Shown in pieces: positions 45,901 to 62,218 of a DNA stretch of 64,000 bases; position 1 is the first letter of the stretch, and each line of letters begins with the position of its first letter. Where the stretch lies: assembly GCF_009914755.1 (NCBI RefSeq), contig NC_060937.1; one strand, written 5' to 3'. A model generated the notes under the pieces. The model ran no database searches. It was not told the DNA's origin and saw nothing but the letters and a program-made list of their open reading frames with translations. A program made the translations under genes and the position numbers. This stretch comes from the human T2T-CHM13v2.0 reference genome, Homo sapiens.

Positions 45901-47064
45901 TATGTTTTATTCTTTGTGGTTGGTATGCTCATTTCGCAAAAGAGATCTCTCTGTCCTGTGCCCATGTAATAAGACTATGGCTTCATCTTTCCCCTTGTGA
46001 TCACAGATTTAGTCGTTCTTTTCCACTTAACATTGCAAACCTGGACCACAGTTTTTTGAACTCTTATCACATTTACATTTTTCCTACTCTCATCTTTAAC
46101 GATTTTGTTTTTAAAGGAAGCTACCCGTGCTGATGTAGTAAATAACAGGGCAGGAACCATAACGTGTATATAAGAGGACAGATTAGTGTTGTTTCATTTA
46201 AAGGGTTAATATTGTACTAAAGCTACAAGACTACAAACACAGGAAGTATGTATATTATTAGGTACATCGAGACTGCTGAAAATGCTGTGGTAAAGTCTGC
46301 GTTTGTTTCCTGGATTTGTACAACAATGTATTGGGGAATTTAAAAACAAAATTGGTAGCTGAGAACAATTTGGGAAAAAAAAAAGAAAAAGCTTAGGCTT
46401 GAAGAGTGAAGACATGCTTTACTCTTCAGTGACCTTCTCTTTTTAAGGGTAATAAGATAGTGCATTCTTGACAAATATATTGCACTTTAAAATAAAGTAT
46501 ATTTCATAGAATATATTTAGTACTCCAAGCTGAAGGGAAAAATTCAACATGGCTATCGAAATTATTTTAAACATAAATTACATATTGCATCCCCTGGCTA
46601 TCTTAACCTCATGCTTTAAACAACTATATTTTTAGGGCCTTGGGATATTCAGTAACTTGTAAGCATGATGAGTTAATGTTTTTCTTTTTTATTCATGGTA
46701 GTTTTAAAAGATGTAAATTATATGTCCAAGTTTTCCCACATCCAAAAATTTAGGTTCCAGGGATCCTAAGTTATATATTGACATATATTGACATTTTCAT
46801 CCGTGAAAAATTATCCTAAAATATATTAGTATATGTTTTTTAAGTATGTGAATTCAATACTATATATCTGAATGCAAATCACATTCTTTCAAAATCTCAT
46901 TGTTGTGATGCATTTAGCCTAGAGGATGTTTTCACAACTGATGTAGAAAGTTATATAAAGTATAATTGTCCTAAAAACAGAAAGTTTAAAACTATAGCAT
47001 TTCAACCTTGAAAACTTTAGTATAGTTTATAAGTTATTAGATTAATCTTTTTTAAATTTTGTTA

Positions 47065-48255
<1,191 letters not shown>

Positions 48256-49439
48256 ATTAGATTGATCTTTATTACTAAAATTAAATAGTAAGATGATAAT
48301 TGAAATTCTCATGTAGAATAGCAACTATGTCATATTAATGTTTCTTTTAAATATATTTAATAGGGTTATTGCCAAATCCAGATAACCTGATATAACTAAA
48401 TGGCTCTAAAATGACTATATTAGTCATGGTCTTTTTTTTCAAAGACTTTTACCTCTTTCATGCTACATCTTCTCATCAGTAAAGTGAATAATAATAGCAC
48501 CTACTTCATTAGATTATTTGAGGGTTAAATTAAATAATCTGTATGACTTACTTGCTTAACATACTACATAGCAGGCCATAGCTATTATTGTCAATATTAT
48601 GTTAATATATTAATGATCCCTTATTTGAGGGATGTCCTAATCTTGTGCTAGAAGTAACAAAACAGTTATACAATTTGAGTTATATAGATTAGGATTTGAA
48701 AGTTGGTTTTCTTGTTGTTTTCTTAACAAAGAGTCCTGTCCACAAATAAAGATTTACTGTGTCTTGACATGACAGGAAGAATAGAATCCAAAGACAATAG
48801 TTGTTTCCCTAAAATACCCATTCTTGTATAATTTGTTAACTCACAAAACACATTGCCTACCTTCATAAATTCAATAAGTGTTTTGAATTTTTACTGATGG
48901 ATACATTTCGACATGTAACAGCCAAAACAGACTATAGTTTCTTCTCAAAAGGCTAGTAGCTATGGTATCTCTCCAGATTCAAAAACTATAAATCATCTAT
49001 AATTTACATTTTCTGTAGGTTAATCTGAATTTAACATCAAAATCTTGACCTTGCCTAGTTTGGCTTCCTATTTTGATGAATATTTCTACATTTATATTTA
49101 GAAAGTAAAAAGGAGCCAATTTACCAGTTCTTCATAAAAAATTTTTCTTAAGAATATTTTGCCTCTTTTTTGATATCATATCAGGTTTGCCTTCAAACTA
49201 GACCGGAAGCTATTTTAAAAGTTTTTAGAACATAAAAGTCATAAAAAATATTTCACAGTCTTCCTAAATTAACTTGTGGTGACAGAATTTTCTTGGATAG
49301 ACAAAATAATCTTACCTATTTGATGCCAAATTGTTGTGAACTGAATTAATTACTAATTTTTGTGGTGCAGCAAAGACAACACTGCTTGCAGAGAAAAACT
49401 GTGGCATCCCTGCAGGTACTTCTAAAGTCTACCTCAGTG

Positions 49440-49976
49440 TTGGTGGGGTGGTGTGCCAGGAATCTGCTTATTTGCTCTTGAGTCCATTCCTGTCCATTCT
49501 CCTGCTCTGCTCTGTACAGCAGGGGAAGGATCCCTGCAAATTCCATTTGTCAGGCTTCCCTTGCCAGCTAGTTTCAAATTAGCTTCAGCCTGGGGGCAAA
49601 ATGGGTGACTGGCAAGTAGGCAGCAGGAGAATCAATTTCTCTCTCTCTCTCTCCCGGCACCCCACCCCCGCCAACTTTAGGCAACATCTCCTCTGTGGTT
49701 CCAGCTCCTGCTGAACAGCTTCTCCTTCCATGGTCCAGCTGCAATTAGGTAACCTCTCGTAAAGCCAGTTCTCACTGAGCAGCCCCAGCTTGTGGACCCT
49801 GGTAGCAGCGTTTTCTCCTTGGTGTCTCCAGCCCTAGGGATTGTAGATATCTCTGTCCCTTGTTTGGCTTTTCTATTCCTAGAGTAGCATTGCAATTAGT
49901 TCCCCATATTCAATTCTCTCTCTTAATGACCTGGCATGCATTTATCTGTTTTCCTGATTGGACCCTGAATGGTACA
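49440..49976 (+). mobile_element. ERVL solo LTR (LTR33-like)
   Basis: 'tcctgctctgctctgt...ggcttcccttgccagct' through to 'ctgttttcctgattggaccctgaatggtaca'. Confidence 0.6.
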
Positions 49977-50104
49977 GATGGTCTTCCATCCAAATAATAA
50001 ACCTGATTTGGTTTCTCAGCCAAAGGATGGCATTTTATCATCTTTCATCTGGTCTTGAAAGCTTGCGGATCTGACTTCAAGCAGCAAAACAGAAATCTGC
50101 TTTG

Positions 50105-50520
50105 AAAATATTAGTTGGCTCACTCACACCCATTCTAAATCCCCTTCTTCCTTGCCTGCCTCCATTCTGGATGCCGGAAAAAGTGAAATATTTTCTCTGT
50201 GAGTCTGTCCTGCACCTAGAGTTGGCATCGTGACACAATTCAGGACAGCACAGTGAGGGAAAATCTGCTAGTACTACTTCTCTCTCTCTCCCTTTCTTTC
50301 TACCTAAAAGATGGACAGAATGGCTGATGTTCATAGCCATGAGACAAGAGGCATGAGATAAGGCCAAGAGCATCATAAATATTGACCCTGACATCATAGA
50401 ACCATTGAACAAAGTTTCAAACTTATTTTTATACAAGGTAAAAATCAAATTCCTAATTGTCTCAGCTACTGTTGATGAAGTATTCTGTTGCTTGCAGCCA
50501 AAGCATTCTACCTGATATAC
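50105..50520 (+). mobile_element. MaLR LTR (MLT1J/K-like)
   Basis: 3' end 'tattctgttgcttgcagccaaagcattctacctgatata'. Confidence 0.6.
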
Positions 50521-51257
50521 CAACTCTAGCATCTTCTCAGGACACATTCCCTATCTAGAATCTATCAGTAATCTGTCCGAATGAAATATGTATTTATGGA
50601 AAATACTTAAAAGCATAAAAACCCATTCATTCCCCTGGGTCCGAAATTTTCTTCCTTTAATCAAGTCAAAACATCAGAAAGTTCACTGAACTGTATTTTA
50701 TATGATGCCTTTGGATTTTATTAAAGATTACTATAGTGTGCCTCCCAGATACCCCTTCAGGTATGAGGCTCTTATTCCCCAGCTGTTGAGAGTGTTGACT
50801 GCTGGCTGCTCAAAGCTAAATCCCTGCCCATAAGTTGCTCTTGGCCTTGGGGAACTGCCTTATGCCAGGTTACAACCCCTCTCCAGAGGGTGCCTGCATC
50901 AAATAACTGGTCAAAGTGATATACAAAGACAAGGCACTCTTACCTTAATTCAGAATGATTTTGAAGAGCCATTCCAACTCTTAGAACTCTGTGCAATTAG
51001 CTAAGGCCTCTGTTGCAGTTACATTACAGTTCCATTTTTCTCTCTCAACCAATCCTGCTTTTCTCACTCATTCACTAGTAGTATTGTCAGAACTCCACAA
51101 TAAACTTCTTGTATGCCAGTCTACATCTGTTTCCCAGTCTCTTTCCCAGGGAGCCCAACTTAATTCAGTTGTAAGGGGAGTGGTCTGAAGAACCAGAGTC
51201 TGAAATGGAATTTTGGAGCTGGATTATCCACTGGTTAGGTGGCAGTGAGGGCCCCCT

Positions 51258-51808
51258 GTAATGGACAGTTTCTAAGGTGACCTCGTCGTGATCTCTATAT
51301 CCTAATATCTCTGTTTTTGTATAAACTTTTCCTCTTGTGTGTGGGTAGGACCTGCAAATTCCTCCTAAACAATAGAATATGGCAAAAGTGACAGGATGTA
51401 CTTGATTATATTTATGTAATTGAGTTGCATACTACTGTAACTATGTTGCTGGGACCATCTCTCCCTTAGTGGCTTTGAAGAAGCAAGTTGGCATTTTGTA
51501 AGCCATCACACAGAGAGGTTCATATGATAAAGGGGTTAATGGTAGCTTCTGACCAACAGCCAAAGAGGAACTGAGTCCTCAGCCTGGCAGCCTGCAAGGA
51601 ATTGAATTCTGACAAATACCATATGAGTTTGGATGTGGTTCCTTTCCAGTTGAGCCTCAGATGAACTGCATCCCCAGCTGACATCTTGATTAGAGCCTTG
51701 CAGAGGACAGTGATAAGTCATGCCCAGACTCCTGATACACAGCAACTAGAAGACAGTGTCATTTTAAGTTTGTGGTAATATTGTTATGCAGCAATAGAAA
51801 ACTAATAG
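51258..51808 (+). mobile_element. MaLR LTR (MLT1E-like) nested in the ERVL internal region
   Basis: 'aatagaatatggcaaaagtgacaggatg' and 'ggctttgaagaagcaag'; end 'tgttatgcagcaatagaaaactaata'. Confidence 0.7.
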
Positions 51809-53637
51809 GCTATCACTGATGATGGATGGATAGAATATGGAGCATTGATAGCCCTGACATGTGGTAAGTGTAGCTGTGCAATTGCTGAAACTTTCACTGG
51901 AGATGGCTAGGCTGGGAGACCTGTGGATGTGAATGCGCCTGCAGGTGCAGTAGCTCAAGTTTTGAGAGGTTCAAGGAAGGTGTTAGTTATAAAGTTAGTG
52001 GAATTAGATTCCCCTTGTTGAGTGCATAGATGTCTGAGGCATGCCAGATACCTCCTACAAGTTAAAGGGTAAATTATCTCATCTTGTTCTTCCTATCTTT
52101 TTTCTTTATTTTCTGAAGGCACAATATTTACTTGAAAATATTGCTTTGAGGCATTTCTTGAATGACACAGATGACTGACAGCTTTAAGTGAAGCCCAGAA
52201 CAGAAAAAAAATTCTGCATCATTTCTAGGCTGTGTGAAAAGCACTTCTGCTCCTTGGGCCATATGACGTTACAGAACCTATGAAATTACAGATGTCAGTG
52301 ACAGGAAAAGATGCTTTGGAATTAATGGGAAGTTTCAGTGGGAAAATCACAAAGAAGAGCTTAAGGACTCTGGAGCAAAACCATGTGATCTTTAGCAAAA
52401 ACATTATGCACTGTTTGAAAAATGGCTCTTGGCATACTATTTGAGCTCTGAGAGAGACAGAATATCTCCCCTTGAGATGTCAGGTGATCACAAGATATGT
52501 CAAGTGGCTAGGACCACCCACTGGGAGCTGCGTTTTGTCAGACCACCAACTCATAAGGTCCAGTGGGCCCAATGTCTACCTATGATAAAGTGGAGGTGAT
52601 ATACCCAGAACTGGGTATGGGCTGGCCATAGCACAAGTAAGCTGCATGAGGATGAGGCCAGACGCCTATATTGTCCCCCACTGTTGCACTGGTGCCTGTC
52701 TCTAAGCTCAAATATATGGCTGTTTGGGTAGGGGAGGGAAAAAGTTGAGCTTGTTTCATGCGTTGGCTGGCTTGGGAAGTGGAAGCAGGCTGAAAATGGA
52801 CAGCTGTTGCACTGTGATCCTGACAGTGCAGGATCACTAGATAGTGATCAGGCAAAATCCTCTCAATGGTTCAGACTTTATGCAGTATACATTCTCATTC
52901 ATTTTACACATAAGAGAAGTAGTCTGAAGTAAGAATATGTAATACTCGTGGTAGTGGCAGATGTCTTGGCTCTTTGGTTGAGGGACTGAAAGTTAGAAGA
53001 TTGGGAAGAAGAAGGTCTGTAAAAGAGGTAGGTGAGTGGACTTGTTGGAGTGAGCACAAAGCATGAATATCTTTGAATCAGTCTCATGATGATGCCTCTC
53101 AGATCGCATCTCACCTGGAAGAGTCAGTGAACAATCACATAGACAGGACGATTCCACCAGTTGAAGTTACTCTCTGTTTTTGTCCACCTGATGGTGGCAC
53201 AAAAGGCACATGGATGGAGTAGCTCTGGTGCAGAGATGGAGGCTCTATAGGGTGGCAAGGACGGAGGTTATGCATGGAACTTGCAGCAAGGACTGTCACT
53301 GAGCAATGCTGATCTAGCTACTGCTACTGCCAAATGCACAAACTGCCAGCAAAAGAGACTAACATTAAGCCCTTAAGACAGCATGATCCCTCAAGGAGAC
53401 CAGCCAGGCACTGGCTGGATAGTTGATTACGTTCCACCTTGGAAGGGTCAGTGATTTAACTTGACTGAGATTAGTACCTATTCTGATATAGGTTTGCCTT
53501 CTTTGGCCACAGGACTTTCATTGGCCAGCACCATTATCTGAAGACTCACATAGATATGGGATCCTGAAAAGCATTGTCTCAGACCAAGAAGCCCACTTAC
53601 CTTATGGTATCTGATGTGTGACAGTAGATACATGTCT

Positions 53638-54157
53638 GTGGTGGGCTGAATAATGCCCCCCGTCCCAAGATGTCCATGTTATAATCCTCAGAACGTGTAA
53701 ATATGTACCTTTACGTGGCAAAAGGGTCTCTGCAGATGTGATTAAGTTAAGCATCATCTTCGGATGGAGAGATTATCCTGGCTTATCCAGGTGGGCCCAT
53801 ATAATCACAAGAGTTCTGATAAGAGGGAGGCAGGCGGGTGAGAGTGAGAGAAAGTGATGTGACTACAGAAGCGGAGTCAGAGAAGAAGATGCTGTGATGG
53901 AGTGGAGGTGCAAGAGAAAGAGAAAGATCTGAAGGTGCTACGCTGCTGGCTTTAAAGGTGGAGGAAGGGCCAGGAGCCAAGAAATGCAGGTGGCCTCTAG
54001 AAGCTGGAAGAGATCAGGAAAAAAATTCTCCCCTAGAACCCGTGAAGGAAATGTAGCCTTATTTACATCTTGATTTTAGGACTTCTGACCACCAGAAATA
54101 CAAGATAGTTTGTTTTAATCCAGTAAATGTGTCGCAGTGGCAATAGGAGACTGATAA
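53638..54157 (+). mobile_element. MaLR LTR (MLT1D-like) nested in the ERVL internal region
   Basis: 'tgtggtgggctgaataatgcccc...tttacgtggcaaaaggg...gtgattaagttaag' and 'gcctctagaagctgga'. Confidence 0.8.
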
Positions 54158-56509
54158 AATGTCCATTGGATCCACTTATCCTATTACCTAAAATGCCACC
54201 CAGAACCTGCTGTTGATGGAATAGTGCTGTGGTCTTTTGAAGGTCTCATTGAGGCACAGCTACACATAGTAGACTTTAAGTGAACACCTATTCTGTGATG
54301 CTGCGTTTCTGATAGAATATATGAGTTCAGGAGTCCAGAGTGGAAGTGGTAGTAGCTCTACTTTCAGTGACCTCTTAGAGAATTTGTGGTTTCTGTTCTG
54401 CTCAGGCTCCCGGTTCCAAAAGGTGTAACACTTCCACCAGAGGACCTAGTAAGAACCCCATTGGACTTTAAATTATGGTTGCTTTCAGTCGCTTCAGGCC
54501 CTTCAGTCCAAGAGACCAGCAGACAAAGAAAGGAGTCCTACACTGGCAGGTATAAGTGACCTCTATTAGCAGGAGTAGATAGGGCTGCCATTACATATGG
54601 CCACAGAGAAGAATATGTCTAGCACTTAGGTGATCCATGACTGTGTCTCTTGATACTCCTTACTTAATTTTGACATTAAATGAACAAGTACAGTCACCAT
54701 GGTCTGAGAAGGGCATGGTGACCAGCGGCTCAGATTTCTGAGATGAGAGTGTGGGTAATTCTGTTCATAGGCTCTCTAGACTAGCAGGGGTTCTAGCTGA
54801 AGGAGAAATCAATCTAGGACGCATGTGGAAGAAAGGCATTATGAGTTTCAGTTGTAGCACTGAAACCAGCTACAGCAACAAGGGCTCCAGTTCATACCAT
54901 GTGTCTTCCTCTTTTAGGTTTCAACAGGAAAAAACAAACAACTACCCACAGTCCTGGACATAGGATGAACTCTCTAGAGAAGCAAGTGGGTCTGAGCAAT
55001 GCTGGGGATGGACTGTAATGGATTTCGCAGTGTATTGCCCGGATTGCTCTCTTGGGAGCGAGTCCCTTATTTCCCAGCTGTCAGAAGTGTTGGCTGCCGA
55101 CAGCTCACAGCTGAGCCCTTTGCTGAGACTTGTCCTCAGCTGACGACTGCTTCCTGGCTTATGGTCATGTCACCTCCCTGAGGTGCAGTTTGCTTCAAGT
55201 GACTTAACATTGCAGTGGTACAAAGACCTAGTCCTGTCCCCCTAATGTGGAGACAACTCCAAGGGCCAGGCCAATTCCAGAACTCCCTGTGAGTTTGGCT
55301 GATACCTCTGTTTTTAATTGATCCTCAGTTCACTTCTCCCTCTATCTAATTCTGCTTCTCTGACATCTTTACAGGTTGTGTTCCTGAGTATACTTGCTAG
55401 TAACCTTCCTGCATACAAGTTTTTGTTTCAGAGCCAGTTTCCTGGGGGAACTGAAACCTAGACAATTATAATGAGTAAAGGACATAATCTGTCATTTCAC
55501 CTGCTTAAAATAATGATGACATTATTTATGACATCGTGTCATGACCCAAATTTCTCACCTTAGGATTTTGTTTTAGAATTAAGTACTCACGAAGACACTA
55601 CTTTCCTGAAAACCTGTTCTCTCCCTTTATTAATGAAAAACTAGACAATTGATCATTATTCCCTTTATATTTGGCTACTGAGAGAATAAACTTGATATTT
55701 TGTTACAGTCCTTCCCCAAATTCTGAAAAAGTTGTTAAAACATCTGTAGCAAATGGAAGCAGATATCACTTTTATTACAATAACGGTTAAGTGGGAGGAT
55801 AGAGCTTAATGTAAAGCTAAGAAAGCTCTCTCCTCTAAACCTCAAATGCTAGCAATTTTATCCATCCACTCACTTTAGTACAGGCAGGGCAGTTCTCCCT
55901 ATGCAACAGGGAGGAAATTGCCTGCTCCTCGAAGGCTCCTACCTCCTCGTTGGATGAAAAGAGGAAGGGGATATAGGCTATTGATGCCTGATTTCTCCTT
56001 CCTAACTCAACAATAAAATAAGTTGTTACATTTCGCTACCAATATTCTATCATTGTTGTTCTCCCAATGATAGAATGTAGCTGGGCACCATGAACAAAGG
56101 ATACCAATTAGGCAGTTACTGCTGTAGTTCAACATGACCCCATTGAGGGCCTCAAAGAAAACAGTTGGTATAGAGAAAAGAGGGCCCTTTGGGAAGTTTC
56201 ATGCACAGGAAAAAAGTGACTGATCTAACGTGGGTGGGGAAAATGGAGACTCCTAGTAGGACCCCAGATTCTGGATGGATAATGGTTTCATCGAGATGGG
56301 GAGTCCAGGAAAAGGAGGAGATTTTGGGATGGGAGATGAAGAGTGCTCTTTATCTTCGCTAACTTGTTTCCTGGTCTGATAAGAATTTGAGGAAATATAT
56401 TTAGAGAACATGATCACTCCTCCACTTATACACATTATACACATACCTCTGCCACTGATTTTGGGCTCAATCCAACCTATTCTCCACACTATTGTGATCT
56501 TTTAAAGCT

Positions 56510-57050
56510 GTACCATATGCAATGAAACGTAATTTGGCAATAAAAAAGAATGAAATACTGATGCACGTTGCAACATGAATAAACCTTGAAAATATGTTGC
56601 TAAGGTTGAGGCCAATCTCTCCCAGTCACTGCAGACCCTGTTGTAGTAGTCTCTATACCTATTGAAATCATGCTGAATACAGTCTTTCTTACCAAGGGAA
56701 AAAAAGAATATAATGCTAAGTGAAAGAAGCCAGACACAAGAGGCTACATATTGTGTGGGTCCACTTATATGAAACATCCAGAGTCAGCAGATCCACTGAA
56801 ACAGACTGTGTAGACTAGTGGTTCCAGTGGCTGGGCGGGGAGGGGATGGAGAAGAGTTTGGGGAGTGACTGCTTCATGGGTATGAGATTTGTGTGTGTAG
56901 GTTGGTGGTGGGGGCAGGGTGGTGATGAAAATAATCTACAATTGCTGTGTATGACTGCACAACTGTGACTATACAGAAAGCACTCAATTGTACTTTAAAA
57001 GGATGAATCTTTTGGTATGTTCATTATATTTCAATAAATCTTATTTTTTA
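56510..57050 (+). mobile_element. L1MB-like 3' end with a ~100-bp insertion
   Basis: 'aataaaaaagaatgaaatactgatgcac...aaccttgaaa...tgctaagtgaaagaagccagacaca'. Confidence 0.75.
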
Positions 57051-57139
57051 AAAATTCACTTAAAATCCCTCCATGATTTGTATTAAGCAGGGTAATTAGA
57101 GCTATTTGCCACAACAGCCAAACCTGTGAGCTGCTGATT

Positions 57140-57930
<791 letters not shown>

Positions 57931-58524
57931 CCCAAATCTCAGTGACTTAATACTGGATTAATTCCTGAACATGCCAGTCTCATACAGGTCAGGTAGTCCT
58001 CTTTATTCTTAGAGCTCTGCCATCTGGAATACATGGCCTCCAACATGAGGCAGAGGAAGAGTGAGTTGGAAGATTGCTTGGGATGCTATTGGGAGCCAGG
58101 CCTAGAAGTGGCTTACATCACTTCCACCCTTGTTTCTTGGTCAGAACAAGTCACAAGGCCCCAAGCCAACTGCAAGGGAGACTGGGAGAGTGATGTGGGA
58201 GACATATGACATTGACTTTGGCAACGAAATTGCCTTCAGGCTTTAATAAACTCCTTAAAAAGGCATAAAAGACACATCGGCCTCTGGCCCCAGCCTACCT
58301 TGCCATCTTTATACCTGCCACTGCCCCACACTGTGCTTTTGCATAAGTTGTTTTTCTGCCTGATTTTCCATGTTCCTTCTCCTCCACTTGGATACTCAAG
58401 TATTTACTTCAAAATTAATCTCAGTAATTAACTCCTCCTGGAAACTTATCTTGACCAGCCCTTCCTAAGCTGGTTCTCTGTGCTACCACAGTTCCAGGAA
58501 GATGTCTCCATCATAACATTTCCA

Positions 58525-58829
58525 TTTTTTTTTTCTTTTGAGGCAGAGTCTCAGTCTGTCACCCAGGCTGGGGTGCAATGGCACAATCATAGCTCATTGC
58601 ACCCTCAAACTCCTGGGCTCAAGTAGTGCTCCCACCTTCAGCCTTGGGAGTAGCTGGGACTACAGGCTCACACCATCATGGCCAGCCTATTTTTGTGTCC
58701 TTTTTTGTTTTTGAGATGGGTGTCTCACTTTGTTGACCAGACTGGTCTCAAACTCCTGGCTTCAAATGATTCCCCTGCCTCAGCCTCCCATAGCGCTGGG
58801 ATTACAAGCATGAGCTATGGTGCCTGGCC
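58525..58829 (-). mobile_element. AluJ-like, reverse orientation
   Basis: 'atcatagctcattgcaccctcaaactcctgggctcaag'; TSD aacattt. Confidence 0.88.
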
Positions 58830-58984
58830 AACATTTACTATTTTGTGTTATAGTTTGACATTTCTTTGCCTCACCAATTAAATGTTTCTTGAAGACATGG
58901 ACTATAGTTCATTTCTATCTTTACCACTACCTACCACCATAGTCACTATCTAAATAATTATTTTAGTCAGAGTCAGTACCATTG

Positions 58985-60115
58985 CCTAGAGAGCACTTTA
59001 GAAATGTGTAGAGATGGTTTTAGTTGTCATAATAACCAGGAAACACTACTTACATTTAGGGTAGGTGCCACAGATGATAAACATCCTGCATTAAATGGGA
59101 CAATCACTCATCATGAAGAACTATCCCCCGTCCTACAAGACTTTCAAGTGTCCCACTGAATTTTCAAATAGATTAAAAGCCTGTTTATATCTTTCTGAAA
59201 CTAGAATCTAATTCCATTTTACATATAAATGCTGTTTTGGTTGTCTATTGGTGTGTAATAAAGCATCCCAACAGATAAGGGTTTAAAACCACAGAAGTTT
59301 ATTATCTGCTAAGACCCTGTGGGACGACTGGCTCATCTGGGCAGTTTTCCTGTTCCATGTGATATTTATTGGCACTACAGTCAGCGGGGGGCTTAACATA
59401 GCTCACTCACATGGCTGCCACTTGAGTTTGGAGCTGTCAGTTAGAGCACCTCAGGCCTCCATCAAATGGAGGGCTTGGGCTTCTCATTGCATGGTAGCTG
59501 GGTTCCAAGAGGTGGCAAGGAAAACAGCCAGTCCTCTTCAGGCTTGGGCTCAGGAGCCCCAAAACAGAACTTCAGCTGCTTTCTATTGGTCAAGGCCAGA
59601 CTCAGGGCTGGTCCAGACTTAAGGCAAGGACAAGTAAACTCCACTCTTGATGTGAGAGGCAGCTTGCCAGTACAGGGAGGAGAGGAAGATTGAGGGCCAA
59701 CTTCAGATACTTACTAGTTACCTCACTCAGACACTTAGTGATTTTATCCAGCTGCAAGAATTTTCCAGAAATATAACAAAGGTATAAACCAAGGGAAACG
59801 TAACCTTTGTTTGGTTTGGAATTTCATTTGTTGTATCTGAGTGATCGATATAACATACCTGTATCAGTCCATCTTTGTAGTTGTCACATTCATGGTGACT
59901 CAACATTTACATTCAAGTATCCGATTACTTCTTCATGTCTTCTAGTGAAATCTTGCCAAAGTGTTGTATATATATTTTTAACTTTAGTTTTCCTTTGTAT
60001 TTTTTATTACTTATATAAACTGTATTTTTAAATTTCCCACCAGGGTAGTAAAGGAGTTATTGCGTATTTGTTATAAAGAGGAGGTGTACTGATAGGGTTG
60101 AAAAAAAAAACACTG
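58985..60115. mobile_element. hAT DNA transposon remnant (MER20B-like) split by an MLT1-like LTR (~59232-59700)
   Basis: 'ttttagttgtcataat...gatgataaacatcctgca...gaagaactatccc'. MLT1 antisense 'ttctattggtcaaggc...ggccagactt...actccactcttgatg'. Confidence 0.5.
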
Positions 60116-61724
60116 ATTACTAGTCTGGCATTCCTGTTTGGTTTCTATATTATCTTCTCCTTGATTTTAATTTTCTGCTTTGATTTATATTTTACTATCT
60201 CAAAATGTGTGCTTTGGGTCCAAATCAACTCAAATCTCTGAGCAATAGCACAGAGAATGTAAGTAAATGAATGAATAAGTAAATAGCTAGCTTTGCATTT
60301 TTTCCTAATTATGACAATGTGTAATTCTTGTAGAATATGTAATATTTATCTTTAAACCTGATTTTTCTCCCACTGAAATAGTTCTTTGTTATTTTCTTGT
60401 TTGAACCAGATTAATAAAATCTAGATATGTGTTACATTAACACTGTTTTGTTTTATTGGTGTACCTTAATGTAAATGACTTCCTGATTTATCTGCTACAT
60501 AATCATATTTTTTAGTGAAACAAATTATATATGACTATTTTAGATTTCTGACATTGCAATGTGCTTTGCCTCATATTAAGATGTTCTCAAGAAAAATACC
60601 ATTAGACCACCTTTTAGTGAAGCCAACGTATATACAAATATATTTATCACATAGTTTTCCTTAAAATATTAAGTTGAATGAATACTGTACTTAGAATATA
60701 TTTACCACCTGAAACTAAATTTAGAGATGTATCTACTAATAATCTGTTTCTATGACTTCCTACTGCTTTTGTAAATATAATGTGTTACTCTGTATTCAAG
60801 GATTTGTTTTCTAATATTTATACTTTCATATCAAAATACATACATGGATCTTTGGTCATTAAATCATTAGCATTTTTCACAATATAACCTTTTAAAACAA
60901 GTAGGCAAATACAAAAGCCAAATAAATGCACTTAATGTTGGCTCTGAAAAATGTTACCCTCCTGTACTGGTAGACAGAGGCTACCCTCCTGCTTGGTAGA
61001 CAGATGTTGACCTTTGTTTCTGGTAGGAAGATATCACATCTCTGGTCTAGTAGACCATGCCATTCTCTTGGTCTGACTGGCAAATGCTGCCCTCCTGGCT
61101 GGGTAAACATTTGCTGCTCTCTTTGTGTAATATATAGGTTTTACTTTCCTGCTGGTAGAACAGTAGAGAGGCAAGGTCTCTAGCTAAAATAGTCTCATAA
61201 ATCATCATTCAGCATCTACTCAGGACTGTTAGTCAACACTTGTGTAAGGTATGAATGGCCCCTGAGAAGTATATCATGGAAAGGATGTAGAGGCATAATT
61301 ACTTAACTACTGTTGCTACAATAGTCTCGGGTAAACAGTATCTATTTTCCTTCTTAACCTATTTCAAGAAGGGCAAGAGAAATCCAGCTTCACATCAAGC
61401 TTTGTCTACATGCTTTATAAAAACTGAACACTGGTGTGGAAGCCCCCTGAATATTCCACCACAGAGAGAAATTCCCCGCCTAAGCCAGCCACTATGTCTA
61501 CTTCAGTTTTGGTTTGAGGAACTTGGTTGGCCTCAATTCTAATTTGGAAAGAAAAAAGTTAATCTTACTCCTTGTAAGTGGAGATAGTGACTAATTTAAC
61601 CCATAATATTTAAAACACAGGAAGCATACAGTTTTGAAGGCTATTATAAATTTTTTGACATACTCATCTCCTTTGAAAATCCCCTTTTTCTTCCCACACA
61701 AATAATAAAATCTTTCTTTAATAG

Positions 61725-61960
<236 letters not shown>

Positions 61961-62170
61961 GATGGTAAATTCTAGAAGTGAATCCACCCAATATTGTTTA
62001 TAATATTGGTGCATTATGTACTTGAATTAATTGCAAATCTAACATTCTTTAATTTATCTTTATTTCAAAACAATATAAGGCGTCTAAAAATGAACATTGG
62101 CCTATCATAAGGGTGTTTACAGAATGCAAGAGAAAAGTAATTCTTTTGACAAATGGAAGCATTGCCTCAA

Positions 62171-62172
<2 letters not shown>

Positions 62173-62208
<36 letters not shown>

Positions 62209-62218
62209 TGTGTATGTA
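62173..62218. repeat. (TG)n microsatellite
   Basis: gtgtgt...gtatgtgtg tract. Confidence 0.9.

Larger units (their letters stand above)
50735..55462 (+). mobile_element. Decayed two-LTR ERVL provirus (LTR16A-like LTRs at ~50735-51168 and ~55014-55462; ERV3-16A3-like internal)
   Basis: Two direct, alignable ~440-bp LTRs. PBS-like 'gttgtaaggggagtggtctg' follows the 5' LTR and PPT-like 'ggggatggac|tgt' precedes the 3' LTR. Integrase-like remnant at ~53300-53500. Confidence 0.7.

Noticed and set aside
50077-50547. 156-aa minus ORF
   Set aside because: Coincides with an MLT1 LTR remnant; no recognisable protein.
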